A stretch of 64,000 bases of DNA, from the NCBI GenBank assembly GCA_030704615.1, contig CM060733.1, positions 71,052,001 through 71,116,000 on the forward strand, in the 5' to 3' direction. The notes beneath the pieces are model-generated. The model searched no databases. It was not told the origin of the DNA and was given only the letters and a program-made list of their open reading frames with translations. The stretch's first letter is position 1. The number at the start of each line of letters is the position of its first letter. This DNA comes from Takakia lepidozioides. Lineage: Eukaryota; Plantae; Bryophyta. Positions 1 to 16,000 of the stretch are shown here, in pieces. Both the position numbers and the translations under genes were made by a program.

Positions 1-1041
1 TGTCTGTACTTGTCTGTGCAACCTCATTTGAATGCCATTAGTTGATTCGTAACCAATATTTCTCTTTTCAGCTGGGCCATGTTTTGGCGTGCGATTGGGT
101 GGATCTGAAGAAAAGTATTCCTTGGCTTGTATTCCACTATGTGACCGCGTCGAGCACTGCAATTTTTGTCGGGACCCATCGTTGCACGGTGGCAATCATG
201 TCAGACGGTGAGGGGTGAATAGTTGTAGGATCTATTTGGGCGATCTGTTTCCTACTCGATGGCGTGATTTATTACGATTGCGGTCCACTGAATTTCATCA
301 TCTCCTCGGTGCCCTTCACTGGCAGATGGATTTGTTCTGTAATCTTCTGAAATCATAAGTGAATTGAATGTTTTGCATGATTGTGCCTATCCACTGAATG
401 CATGCTGTGATCGTCTGTCGCTTCGCAGTATGAGCCTTGGTTTCGATGGTGACCGCAATGCCCAAACACTGTAATGCATGGCCACCATTTACACATATCC
501 TCACATACAGAGTGCAGTGCACAATCGCCTCTCTAGCACGTTCGCCGTGTTCAATAGTTCTCCACACAACCCAAACGCCTTAGTAATATGGTTTGTATGC
601 AGCCGTTACATTCACTTCCATCCCCTGCACCACAATTTCGCAAACTTTAACCAATAATATGTACACACGTCATCAGTTGTTCCCTGTCACGGACTCACCC
701 TCTCGTTCATCCATGTGATGATCTGGCAGAATGCATTACAGTGAGAGTCATGAAGTCATATGTCTGTCTATCAATATGCACACGTCATTCCATTGTAGCC
801 ATGACCGTGACTGGCAGTCATATCTGCCATGCCAATATTCATGGTCAAACATGTTTGACATGTGTTGAGCAAAGTCCGGAGTCATGCAGTCGCGTATACG
901 CCTTCCCCATACCAGCTTTACGACTTGAACGACATTTACAACTGCAAACGACATTTCTGCCACTTTCCATTTTATTTTTCCCCCCCATGTGTAAGCCTCT
1001 TCATGCATGTTTTCTTGTATATGAAGAACTAATAAACGAGG

Positions 1042-1647
1042 ATGGATGCCTAGGAGTTTTGGGAGATCCTCATTGCCGAGGAGACTGATGGCGAGAAGAA
1101 GCCGAAGTTTGCTCGGGGTCGTGAGGCAGCCACCCTCCGCCTAGAGAAGGGGGATTCCACGCACAAATTTGGCCCGGGAGGAGCCAAATCGTTTGCCACC
1201 CGCTTTGTAAGATCTTTATTCCCTATCGATTTTGTTTATTTGTTTTTTCTTCAAGTATGTCTTCGCTAATCTTCTCTATCTCTTTCTAATGCGAAATTTT
1301 TATTTGTTTATACTCTTGTGTAGACAAAAAGGTTTGGGAGACAACCCTCCGTTGAGGAGGTGGAGTATACCAAGATCCATGGGTATGCAGGCCTCATTAC
1401 ACGAATGAAGGCATGTAAGATGCTCAAGAACAGGAGGAGGAAGAAGAGGTTGTCCTCTAAGGTTCAGCCATGTACTGAGGGTGACGACGGGGAGAACCAC
1501 GATGATGAGAGTGAGGGTAGTGAGAGTGATGATAGTCATGTGAGTGAGACTGACACCGACTGTGATGGTGATGATGACGGTGTTGACGACAATGATGCAG
1601 CTCGTGAGGGATCTAGCCCTGGGAGTTTGGAGGGTCAGGGTGAGTAG
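1042..1647 (+). pseudogene. TnpA/Transposase_24-like remnant (2 exons, 1042-1206 and 1324-1647)
   Basis: A GT-AG intron joins in frame MDA*EFWEILIAEE...STHKFGPGGAKSFATRF to TKRFGRQPSVEEVEY...(acidic tail). The H-x-x-G...GR-x-PS-x-x-E pattern resembles the En/Spm accessory protein. One premature stop. Confidence 0.4.
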
Positions 1648-1799
1648 TAGGGATGATGTACACCATTTGAGGTCGATTTTCATGTATATATATATATCCA
1701 CATGCGCATGATGTGGGGCTCTTGACAATCCCCAAATTCCCTAAACCTAAACCTAGCCCTAAACTCACAATCCTAATCCAGGCCTCAAACCTTGGTGCT

Positions 1800-2765
1800 T
1801 GGGCATCGCAGATGGGGGCTGCCCTAAAATTCTATTTGAAAAAAAGCATCGTAGGTTTAATGCGACGCCCAGAGCATCGCAGATGGGGGCCACTACAATA
1901 TTATTTTTTAAAAACAAACCATCGCAAGTTTACTGCGATGCAAAGGGCGTCGTAGATGGGGCCCACCCTAAAATTCAGTTTGAAAAAAAACCGTCGCAGA
2001 TTTCCTGCGACGCGTCTGCCGTCGCACATTGGGACACATACTGGGGCCCCTAAAACCATCGCAAGTTTTCTGCGACGCCCAAAGCGTGGGCCACCTTAAA
2101 ATTGGATTTGAAATAAAAACGTCGCAAATTAATTGTGATGCCTCTGCCGTCGCACATTGGGGCCCCCAAAAGTGCCACTGAGGTCGCAAGCGGGGCACCT
2201 AATATATATATATAATAAGCCGAAAGAAAAAACAAAAAACAATTTCATTACCCGAAAGACGTCGCAGTTTTACTGCGACGCCCGGGGCGACGCAGACGTA
2301 GGCACCTTCATAAAAAAAAATATGTATATATATTTTAAAAAAAAAGTGACAAACGTCGCAGTTTTATTGCGACGCACCAGACGTCGCAGAAATGGATTAA
2401 ACAAGAACAATTTATAATTAACAATAATTATTTACAAACTTCAAATAAAAAGCGTCGCACGGAAACGACGACGCCAGGGACGACGCAGCGGGGAAGCGAT
2501 GCACAGGGCGTCGCTCTTGAATGCGACGTTGTGCGCGTCGCCAACCGCTTAGGTCGTCGCAGCAGTTACCGACGCCAGGCGTGTCGCAATATTTGGGTTC
2601 CAGGGTGGCGCAATTTGTGACCCCCCTGGCATCACCTTAAATCCGCAATCTGCGACGCCCCCATAGCGACGCAAATGCGACGCCATAGGCATCGCAGATT
2701 TGCGATTTCCGCCAGGCCGAAAATCCACGATTAGCGTCGCCTGGGGCATCGTTGGGGCGTCGCTA
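1800..2765. repeat. Subterminal repeat field (GTCGCA / TGCGACG motifs, direct and inverted)
   Basis: Dozens of copies of (c)gtcgca(g) and its reverse complement, interspersed with A-tracts. Confidence 0.8.
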
Positions 2766-4049
2766 ACCCCCTCCAAATGGTGTTGTGTTTGTTTGTTGCC
2801 CCCTCTCGAGACCAGCAACACTTGTTGTTCTCAGCCCCCCACATTTTATTTTTATTTTTACTTTTTGGGATCTGGAATGTAGAGGTTGTTTCCTGATGAG
2901 GCCAACTTTTGGGTTTGCATAACAGGTGCCAGGCTTATGGGGAAAGAGAAGAAGTCCCCTGCCCCAAAGAAAGGGGCGGAGAACCGTATACTCTGCCGGC
3001 ACGTGTGACGCGGGCTGGCATCTCACGGTTTACCAGCCCCGTCAACAGCCATAGCTAGAGGGGTTGTCCGCCCCTTGAGGCCGGTCCCCCCCCTCTTGTC
3101 CTTGTCTTGGATGCGCCAGGGGCCGGCTCAGCCAGCTCTCATATTCGGGAGATTATTGCTGAGCCGGATGCTCAGTTGAGCACACCCCCGGCCACCAAGA
3201 CGGGTGAAATGTACCTTGGCAAGCGCATCACCCGTTCGGGAGCCCGGTATGGACAACTTTTGGATGTCACCCCTATAGCGACCCCTTCTTTCGCAGCGAA
3301 GGCTGCACTTGCCAAGGCCCAAGGTCAGGTTCAAGGGCCTTTGGAAGTGGTCGTTCCTAGCCCAATGTTGAGGATGAGGGAGGAGGAGATGAAGAGGGCC
3401 AATGTTGAATTAGTCAAGCTGGGTGAGGGCCTCGATCGTGTGGAGCATTTGGGGGGGGGGGAGCTACGGGCCGGTGGAGAGTCTAGCCGGTCAGCGATGC
3501 CGCCCCCTCACCCTAATTTTGAGTATCTTATCTTGAAAGTGGATGGCTCAATCTATCCACATTTGAGGCAGTGTATGCCTGACAAGTCACAAGCCACCAC
3601 GTCAGGGAAGGCGGGTTGTGGGAGGGCGACGTGGCGGATAGGGAAGCGAGGGTGGCAAGGCGTGGGCGAGGGCCTGGGCGCGGAAGGCTTGGGGGCAGGC
3701 GGGCCCCACACGCCCGCGTGGCGCTGAGGAGCGGGGAGTCCAGGGGGAGGAGCGTGAGGGCTGGGCGCTCACGTGGCGCGGAGGACGTGGCAGGGCGGGC
3801 AGTTTTTGCCCGGGCACCCGCACTATCCCTCAAAAGTGTTTGGGACATAGTGCCGAGGCTGGGCTACATGTTGGTTGTCTATCTCCTCTTCAATCTGAAG
3901 GGTGGGTTGGTCCCAGGCGAACAGTGATGAATCTTGGAGCAGTACACTTCTCCCACATTTCCACGCCCTGTTTTTCAAAAGAAAAAAGAAAAAAAAAGAA
4001 AAGAGGCAGAAACAAAACAATTAATATAAAATATAACCGTATAATTGCA

Positions 4050-4070
4050 AAACCCTAATTCCAACCCTAA
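4050..4070 (+). promoter_or_regulatory. Telo-box elements (AAACCCTAA, AACCCTAA) upstream of ribosomal protein gene
   Basis: AAACCCTAA at 4050-4058 and AACCCTAA at 4063-4070, ~130 bp before the RPS23 ATG. Telo-boxes are typical of plant translation-machinery promoters. Confidence 0.65.
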
Positions 4071-4195
4071 CAGGAGCCTTTTAGGCTCGCTCTCCGGCTT
4101 TCCCTTTCTCTCTGTGCAACCCGCCTTCGAGCCGCCGCTGCCGCTGCGCGATCAATTTTGCGTGCCAAGTTGTTTTGTTCTCGTAATCTGCAACC

Positions 4196-6205
<2,010 letters not shown>

Positions 6206-6903
6206 AAACATACTTTTGCCTCCAAACCTAGAGATTATCAGGGCTGTGCCACAAATGTTCAAGAGCTATGCAGGGTGCTATTAAGGCGAGGATATTGAAC
6301 TAGTGCTTGGTTTAGTCTAGCCTTCCCCGGCAAGATGTTGTCCCCATATAGCCATTGGTATGTGTTGAGCCAGAATTGGAGTAAGATTTTCACAGCCTTA
6401 GTGAGTTGTCATGAGGTCAGTGACTCTGATTGGGAAGTTCTCAGCGTTCCGGTTTGGGTGATGGGAGCGGGAAAATCCTCATATAACAACAGTTTTGATA
6501 TCATGGTGCACTATCAATTTGCCGTCTGTACATAGAATTGCATCTGCTGTACCCTGATGCAACATCCTCCAGGGCATACCCTTCACCCACACAAGCCCCA
6601 GTGATCTTTGCCATTACAACATGACTGAAGGTCTCAATTTTCTTGGTCAGACACCACCCAGATGCAAAGCATGCATGCACACATCAATGGCACAAGAGTC
6701 TCGGATTATATCTTAAACAGTTTTCATTGTGGTTCTATTGATGTTTGAAATCGTGTGTAGATTTAGCAAGCGGCATTCTGCCTTCTCTGATGTTGATTAG
6801 GAACGCTAAGAAAGCATGAGATGTTGCAAGAAATCAACGTCACAATCTACGAATACCATAATTACAGCACCTCGTTCTTGTTTGCACTGTACATGCACAT
6901 TTT

Positions 6904-6910
<7 letters not shown>

Positions 6911-6945
<35 letters not shown>
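6911..6945 (+). repeat. (CT)n microsatellite in 5' region of NFXL2-like gene
   Basis: Perfect CT dinucleotide run. Confidence 0.9.
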
Positions 6946-6948
<3 letters not shown>

Positions 6949-7000
6949 CACACTCAAATCCCTCTCCCAGCTCATGACTTGGTGAAGTGCCGTTGGCAGC

Positions 7001-10000
7001 ATGGAGAGAAGGGGCGGGCAAATCTCAAAGAGTTCCGGTAGAGGTAGGGGGGCCTGGGCGAATCCTCTTCAGGAAATGTCACAGCTTGCAAGGGGGTTGA
7101 TAATCACTTCTCCTCCATCGCTGCCTGGCGAGGGTCGGGGGATCGGGGGGACTGCACGCGGCGCCGAAGGCCTTCCGGGAAAGGTTGCTATCACTTTTTG
7201 TAGCAGTGATGAATCCGACAGTGGCGGGGAGATGGGGGACCCAGGTCTTGATGTTGACAAGCTGGAGTCGTCCATTATGGGCGATTATTCGAGCTCTCAT
7301 GACATGCATGACACAGGTGAATGTTTTTTTTTCCAGCGCAGTACATGTAGAGGGTTTCTAGGCAGGACTACCTTTCTTGGTTCGAGCGATTATGTCGTAA
7401 TTCCTTACCATGTCACAGATGCTACATTGAGGGAGTGACCCGGTGGTTGGGTGGCAAACGTTCCTATGGAATTGATATAGTTCTTTTGCCAACCTCATGC
7501 CCTGTTTTCTAGATTGGGTTCAGTCTAGCTGGTCATGCGATTGATTATTGAGGGAGAGAGAGAGAGAGGTTCACATAGCGTGTCAAAGCTTGACAAGGAA
7601 ACACTCAGCGCAATGTGCTGTGTTTGACTCTTTTTAATGACATCAGACAGCCTAATCTAGGCACCATCAAATTGCCTCTACCCAGATCTGCCTCCATACC
7701 TCCCTTTACGTATCCTTGCTGGAAAACCAGTTTTTAGGTGTACAAAGTGGCAATCAGATGCACACTAGGTAGGCCCTTCTCAGAAACAGATCTGTCTCCT
7801 CACTTCCATATAATAGGAAGCGACAGTAGAAGTAGGAAGAGCACAAGTGTCTGCTTAGTAGTAACTCCTTTCCATGTAGGTACATGCTCATAGATCCATC
7901 AAACCGTTCAGAGCAAAAACAGCAGTAGTATGTCTACATAATCAACACATACAAACAGATTTGAGGTTTGAGAGAGCTCCAAGCCTCACTCCCTTAGTCT
8001 CTTGCCCTCAGTAGCATTTCCTGCAACAAAAGAAGGTGAAGTGGCATCACCTGGATCGAATCACAGCCAACCAACCAACCAACAAACAGATTAGTGATCC
8101 CTATGGAACCCCAGGCTTAAACCACTTCACATTTGTTATCAATGTCATCCCTGCAAGTCATACTAGCAAAGAGAGGAGAGGTAAGGGAGGTCCTTTCAGC
8201 CATTTCAGTCAACGAAGCTATTAACACAGTAGCAGAACCTATTTCAGCCTATGCTCCAGAGGGAGGGGGGGGATGGTCTCATGACAGTAAGCACCAATTC
8301 CCAGTACTAGAGCAAAGTACTCAAGCAAAGGCATAACAGAGGCCCTTGGATTGCTCAAGTATTTGTAGATTCAAAGTAGAGCTAGTCAAGTCCATGTAAG
8401 TTCTTCATAGTGTCCACTCTCCTTGTGTTGCCACACCAAGCAGCCCTTCAAAGAATTAAGGAGTCTGAATGGATACCTGGCTTGAAGTCATAGTTCAGCA
8501 GTAAGGTAGTCAGTGGCCAGGCTTTCTAACCTTATAGGGCTGCTGCTTTAGGTTAAGACCCAATGAAAACCCTAGTGTGTCATCCCATCAATCGTTATTT
8601 GGATCTGGAAAAAAAGAGGGAGAGAGAGGAAAATCCTCAAACCTCTCATTTTCAGGTTTCCTAATTCTGGGACAAGGCATTGGCTACAGTAGACCAGCCA
8701 AGAGAGCAATTCACATTGACCGGATCATGTAGAAGGTGTACACATATACTCTGGTTGGTGAATCAGAAAATGAATATTGTCTTCAGGTTGCCCACACAAC
8801 GGGCATTTGCAATCCCCCTTTCCTCTCTGCTTCTGTTTGCAGCTCAAAGCTAGGCTTCCCGCCCCGAGTTTAAATTTCAGTCTTGTGCCGAGAGTGGGTA
8901 AACCCATATTCAAGGATAGACAGAAAGAGAGAGAGAGAGTATGAAGGATCAGGCACATTTTGAGTGTTGTTACAAAGAACACATTCACATTCGAGGGAGG
9001 GAGAGAGAGAGGAAGTACTCATACAATGTTTTGCTGGAGCCTTGTGGCCATAGAACCCGTGCCCAGTTTGGACGGAACAAGAGGGAACAGACCTACCTTT
9101 GCCAGGGGCTCACTCTAGTAGTGGGACTTACCTTGATATAAACAATTTGTTTGGACTTCCCAGATTTTCTCTAGAAAGCCCTTCCACAAGCATCAATTCC
9201 GTGTGTGATCTGCCCAGAAGTTAGACCGCAACCGGGCCAGGGCTTTAGGCTCAACCTTCAGATTTCCAAAGTTGGTGAACAGAGGTGCAGGGACTATGTT
9301 CTTGATGGTCCTGAAGAGGGTAGCTCTCTGATGAGAATACCCTGGACATTGTATCAGAAAATGGATATTGGTCTTCAGGCCGCCTGCACATTGGGCTTTG
9401 ACAACCTCCCTTTCCTCTCTGCATCTGTTTATTGTTCAAAGGTAGACTCCCTGCCCGAGTTCAAATTTCAGTCTAATGCCAAGGCTGTTCAGGTCATCCT
9501 TGAGGTCCTCACCCATGTCACAGACTGGAAACAGGTTCAACTTCGTTTGTTTGGACATTCTTTGTTCTTCCAACATGACCGTAGACACATCAGCCTCCAA
9601 GTCAGCGTCATCCAGCAGGGTCAGTGCTTCCTGCCTAATATTGAGGTACTTGAAAATCTCCCCTACCCTTTTCCGCCAGGACATAGCCTGTTAACAGGAC
9701 CGTCTTACTTCCAAGAAATAGAGTTGATTATCTGAGGATATCTGGTAGTAGGCATGCGATTCAACTTGCCCCACCATCTGACCTTGAACTCATCACGTTG
9801 AGAGCTCACGCGCGGTATGCCAAACTCGGCCCGAACAGCCACGTTAGCTGTTCTATAGCATGGTGACATGCTTTCTTTGAGCACCAAAACCTGAATGGAT
9901 TCTAAAGTCTTAGCATGGTTGGAGTTGCCCTCCCATATGGCAGATGCATACTCCAAGGTAGGCCTAATACTTCTGCAAAGCCTGGTCCTTTTAACTTCAG

Positions 10001-13000
10001 AATAAATAGCAGTTTGAACCACTTTTTGTATATGATGCATCTGAAGTACAACAGGAGGAGAACTCTCCAGCAATATATGTGTAGGAAGGGAGCTCAGGGA
10101 TCTCTTCAATGGTGGTCCATTGGATATCCCCTCCTCCCTCCCCATGATCATTGAAAGCCACCACGCGCATTTACTAACATTGGCTCCTATCCTCCACTGG
10201 TAGAGAGAATGTACTCATTAAGACGTTTGCCGCAGCCTTGTGGCCATAGGCTCCATGCCCAGTCTGGGTGGAACAAGAGGGAACAGACACTACCTTTGTG
10301 AGGGGCTCCAGTAGTGGGACTTACCATGATATAAACAATTAGTTCGGCTAGAGAGAGAGAGACAGTGTAGAAAACAGCAAAACAAGGTTGATTCCTGCTA
10401 AAGCAAGTGTCAATTATGGTGTCACTTCATCCATAATATAGGCAGACATGCAAAGCAATGCAATTGGCAGTAACTCTTCGGGTTCTGGATTTATGTATTG
10501 GTTGTATTTTGATGCAAAATTATGGAGATTATAAGTATTTGATCCATTAATTGTAAACTTGGAGAACAATTCTGGGTAAGTGAAGGTGGAGACAAGGGCT
10601 GATACTGGTGTAAAGAGTGCAGCAACAACTGATGTGGTTTTGAGTTTGCGATGTTGAAAGAGAGCTAGGAGTGGATTTTCTCTTTCTTTCTCTCAAGGCA
10701 TTCTATGGTGTCTTGTGGGCCTCAGATGCACGTAAGATTTAAATATTTATTTCTACATGCAAGCAAACAGAGTAAATAATTTTGTTTCTTTGTGTACTTA
10801 ATTCTGTCAGTCACATATCAAATTGTTGATCCTGGTTGGAGCAGGCCTTGCAAAGATCCGTGCATTGTTGCTGGCAAGGTGCAGTGGCGCAACAGCATGC
10901 TTGATCTGTCTAGAGAAAGTGAGGGCAACAGATCCTGTGTGGGACTGCAAGATGGGGTGTCATGCAGTTTTCCACCTTATCTGCATACAGGCATGGGCGC
11001 GGCAAGCCTTAGGGGTTACTGCACAGCGCTCCCTTGGTCAACTTTCAGGTCAGCATTTTCCAGTAGCCGTGGCTGAGGCAGCAGAGAGTGCTTGCTGGCA
11101 CTGCCCAAAATGCCGTGCCGAATACTCAAAGTCTGAGCTGCCCCGAGAATATTGCTGCTTCTGCAGAAAGCAAGTGGAACCCAAAAATGACCCCTGGTTA
11201 GCCCCACACACATGTGGACACAGGTGTGGGCGGAGTCTTCCCGGAGACTGTGGGCATGAATGTACACTGCTGTGCCACCCGGGGCCCTGCCCGACATGCC
11301 CCCAATTTCTGGAGTTTAGGTGAGTTACATATTTTTGCATGAGGTTCTGCAATGGTTTTGGCAGTTTTATTGTTTTCACAACATGTTGAGTCATTTGTTT
11401 CTCATGCTCTGCTGGTCGCTGGCTCAGTTGCCCCAGTGTTTCAGGTAGCAAACAGTTTCATCCAAATTTTAAGAATGTGTCATTCAGGGAGCTTGATATG
11501 GGTTAGGTAGCACTGTGGAGTGCTGGAATATGCTGCCATGAGCAGCAGCATGGAAATTGTGTACCAATTCTTCCTTAGCCACTGTCCTTATTTTTGGCTA
11601 ACTCTATCCAGTCCTTCTCTGATACATTGGTGGGCTCTAATCTGTTTCAACAAACTTCAGGTGCTTTTGTGGGGCAGATTCAGAGGTGCGTCGTTGTGGC
11701 CACCGCAAGTTTTCATGTGGGAAGTGCTGTGGGCAGCTTTTAGGCTGTGGTGAGCACACTTGTGAAAGTCCTTGTCATGAGGGAGCATGCCCCCAGTGCA
11801 CCAAGACTGCCTTTCATCAGTGTCGATGTGGCCGAATAAGTCAGATTCGAGGATGTGCAGAGGCAGATCTTCGGTGTGCAGAGCCATGTGGTAAGCAATT
11901 ATCCTGCCAGAGGCACTGGTGTGACAAGGGCTGCCACTCAGGGCCCTGTGGAGATTGTGCTTTGATTGGCAAGCGCAGCTGTCCGTGTGGCAAAGTGGAA
12001 CGTAAGGGAATTGCCTGCGACGTGGCAGTGTCTACATGTGGGTCCACGTGTGAAAAAGTGCTGCGCTGTAACATCCACTGCTGCCAAGAGCGTTGCCATT
12101 TTGGGCCATGTAATGACACATGCCGTGTTGTCCTTACCAAGTCCTGTCGATGTGGAGGCCTGAAGAAAGAGGTCAGTGCTGTGGTGTTTGTCATTTGTAT
12201 TTGAAGCATGTGTAGTTCACTTTGGAACCTCCGCAGCTCGAGAATTTGTCACGGACAACTCTCAAGCACGTTTACAGCCCACAATCTCGTTGGGGAATGA
12301 TTTGCCAGCTTGTCAGCCACTATTTGGCTGTGGCTACCACGTGACAAGTCTTTGCTCATAGCCATTTGAACCACCAACATCAGAACATATTGAAGAAGTG
12401 AAACCAGTGGCATGAAAAGCCATGAGCGTTTCAGGGGACTGATTATGTGGAGAGAAGAAGTGCTTTGTCTCTTTTTGGGTTTCTTCCGGCCATCACATGT
12501 ACAAGTTCCTATTGCAAGTGGCACCTTTATACTGAGGCCTGAGGGGCAATCTTGATTCCCCCAAATTGCAAAGATTGCTGGCGCTCAAGGTGCTGCAATG
12601 AGTCTTATTCAGAAATCTGCTTGTGCCAAATGTGTTCTCTGGGAGTAGGTGGCAGTTTGTTGGAGGCTACTATGTAACTTGGGAACAAAACTAGTTTTTT
12701 GTGTTTTCAGAGTATTTGGCATGCATGTGTTATACAACGTCATTTATCCAAGCACTATGCTGTTTTTTCTGCACAGGTAGATATCCTGCCTTATTACGAT
12801 TGTGATGGATTTCAACTCCCAGAGTAGGATGATCACGTCTTGTTCCCTAAGTTTGTCATGGCTCGCTTGGCTTTGTCAAGGGTTTGGGTAGCTATGTGTG
12901 TTTTGCACGCGGGACCCCTAACCTTGACAGGTTACTCTCAAGGTCTCTAACATGACGGTAACTCTGGGTCCATCCAAATAACATGCATATGTCCAACACA

Positions 13001-16000
13001 AAGTATGAGATCAGGATGGGAAGCCTGACCACAATCACACCACTGCCAGGTGCCATGTCATCTGGAGCTGCAGTGTGAAAGAAAGTGTCAGCAGATGCGT
13101 GAGTGTGGTCGCCATGCTTGCAAACGCCGTTGCTGTGATGGCGATTGCCCACCCTGCTCTGAGGTTTACTGATTTCCTGTTTTGTATTAGTCCACTGTAT
13201 TAGTCCAACAACCTTTGGAGCATCTTTTTATTCATTCATCCTTGAATTTATTATTATTCAATTGGCAATTGTAATTGTGTGTGGTCAGGCTGCAGCAAAG
13301 AGAAGGTACTTTCATACGGAGTTCATGTAGCTATGTGCATTAGGCTTTTCTGGCGTGTTTTATCATCATTGCTGACTTACATTGGTGATCTGATATCAAA
13401 CTCTCAACAGATTAAATGCTGCTGATGAAGTAGAGGGGACCAGGATCTCCCACCAATACTAAAGGTTGTAATCAATGGGAGGGTGCATAGATGTGTGGGA
13501 GGAGGCTGAAATGTGGGAATCACAGATGCCCAGCACCCTGTCACAGGTACTGCAACTGGTGAGCTTTTCTGGTTTTGCTCTCTTGACCTCTGTGTTTTCT
13601 TGTCATGCTCCAAGTTAGTTCTACATTTACAGAGAGGGTTATCTCTACTGGATGCCCCAGTTCGTTTGGTACCCAAAAGAAGGCTATCAACAGTAGGTTA
13701 TGATTAAATTTACATGTTGGTAACTTCCGTTTATTCCCTGTTTGAGTAGTAGAGCCATGAGGAGTCTCCTTTCACACATAGGAAGACCATGTCATTTATA
13801 CAGAGTTTTGAAAACCAGGTGGGAGCGATCTGTTGTCATCTATGAATCATTTGTGGGGGTTGGGGGAGAACTTGTGCACTCTCATTTTAACTCGTTCATT
13901 GTATTTCTTACGTCCGTGTGCATCTGACAGTGTCTGACTAGAAGTATAAGCCAAGTTGTGTCTCGATGACCAGTTTCCACCTGGGGGATGAGCGAGTCTT
14001 TGTATAGCCTTCTGGCTGCAGGATCCTCAGGCTTCACAGCAATCCACTCCTCCACATCTTCGGAGAAACAAAGCACGTGTTGACTAAAACTCCTGTTTGA
14101 CCATTTGAGTGTTGTAAGCTGGCAGTGCCTTTGTAAACATCAAGCCAAAAAAAGTCCATGACTGGAGGTTTGTTTTGTCAGTGGTTGGTGTCCTTAGTCT
14201 GCACACAGTCTTAAACTGTAAACTATTGTGTTGCTGGCAGAGGACTTTGTGCTCCATGTCCTGTGACAGTGCAAATTGCATGTGCCTGCGGAGAAACTGT
14301 TATCCAGGTTTGGCTTGTATCTATTTCGTATTTTTTTTCCTTTATGTGCTCTAGAGTACCTCATGTCAATTGGCCAAGGTTCGTAACACTAGTAAGTACA
14401 GTTTTCTTGAGCCAGTGTGAGCTTAGAAATCAGTTGGCATCACCACTGGACTGATTTTATAGAAAGTTGTGACCTACTATAAGTTGATGATGATATCTAG
14501 CCTGGCAAAGTCCATGTGAGAGAGAGAAGGTTGGGGTGGTCCCACTTTATTTCCATGCTCCAGAGTGCAGAGTTGGTGGATTCCTTTTGGTCTGGTTGTT
14601 ATGTGACCTGTGCTCCAAAGCTAGGCTCACTTATATTCTCTCACTCTTGGAAGCAGATTTTAGTTCCTTTGTGAAATGTTGCCGTCACTGGTCCTAGCCT
14701 GCTGAATGGCCAGTATGTTCAATGGCAGGTACCGTGTGGTACTGAAAGGGAGCAGCGGCCACCACGGTGCTCCAAGCATTGTCTCATCCCTCCTCTCTGT
14801 CTTCACGGTGGCATTTGCAAGGTTTCCAGTGTTCAATTGCATCTATATGTAGGAGATGAAGGAAATTGATGTTGGTTGAACCTCTCAATTATCCACAGGG
14901 TTTGGTACCGAAGACTATGTCTATGCTTGAATAAAGAAGAAAAGAGTTTGGTTACATAACAGGAAAGTGGATAGAAGTATGATGGATGCTGTTGATTAGT
15001 GTGTCTTTCTGATGATCAACATTGTAAGGTGCTTCACTTAAGAAAATACTTTATTTTTGTTTATGTATGTGTTTCTTGATCTTACTTCACAAAGTTTCCA
15101 CAAGGTCTTTCTACAGCTTATAATGATTGCTTAGATATGCTTTTGGGTTTGACTAGCTGACTAGTTACATGTCATTGGTTTTGATTTGATGCAGCCACAC
15201 AGGTGTCATTATGGTGCCTGCCCAGCCTGTCAGTTCATTTGCGGGGCCAAGCTGCCCTGTGGCCACAATTGCCAGGAAAAGTAGGTCCTCTGTTTTCTTT
15301 ATGTCTCTTGACGAATCATGTCCCGATTTCTCCGGTATATAAAACTCTTCGAGTCCAAACAAGGTGTTGAAGCACCACTGAAATTGCAGAGTACTAGTGA
15401 ATGGAAGATATCGTGGCTGAAATTTTTAATTGATCCACTACTTCATGTTGTGCACACATTCAGATCGGTTATTTTGTTCGAGATAACTTGTGGTCGGGCT
15501 GACCAATGAAACAATGTGCAAGGGCATCAGTGACGTTGTATGAGTACTAGTGCATCCGGAAGGTCCTAATTGATCGGTATTAGTGGATGCAAGATATTGT
15601 AACTGAAGGTCTTGATTGATTGGTCACTTCTTGTGCACACATTCAGATTGATGATTTTGTTTGAGATAACTTGTGGTTGACTGACCAATGCAAGCTGCAG
15701 GTGCCATGGACCCCGACCAACCCCCAATCCTGACTACACATTGAAGTCAAAGAAGAAAAAGATTGTACATGACTCAAATTCGCAGAGCACAGGTGTTCCT
15801 TGCCCTCCATGCTCTGAATGCATTATGAGGCAGTGCCTTGGTCAACACCCTGGCAGCGAACGCATGGTGCCTCTCTCTCTCTCTCTCCTCCAATTGTAAT
15901 TGGGATGCACATATCCGGAAAGTTGTTCAAACTGGCAAGGGCAAAGCTCTGGGGCTCACTAAATTTTTCCACTGCAGAGGGGTCAACTCTGAGGTTTAGA

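Larger units (their letters stand above)
1042..2787 (+). mobile_element. CACTA (En/Spm)-like DNA transposon, one end (left boundary not determined)
   Basis: Dense subterminal GTCGCA/TGCGACG repeats in both orientations (~1800-2765) end at CCAAATGGTGTTGTG (2773-2787). The reverse complement, CACAACACCATTTGG, is a one-base variant of a CACTACACC terminus. A spliced TnpA-like remnant lies upstream. Confidence 0.6.

Noticed and set aside
1736-1780. Telomere or interstitial telomeric array (CCCTAAA-like)
   Set aside because: Only a few degenerate units inside the transposon end.
1800-2765. CRISPR-like array
   Set aside because: The repeats are short, irregularly spaced and in both orientations in a eukaryotic context; they fit transposon subterminal repeats.
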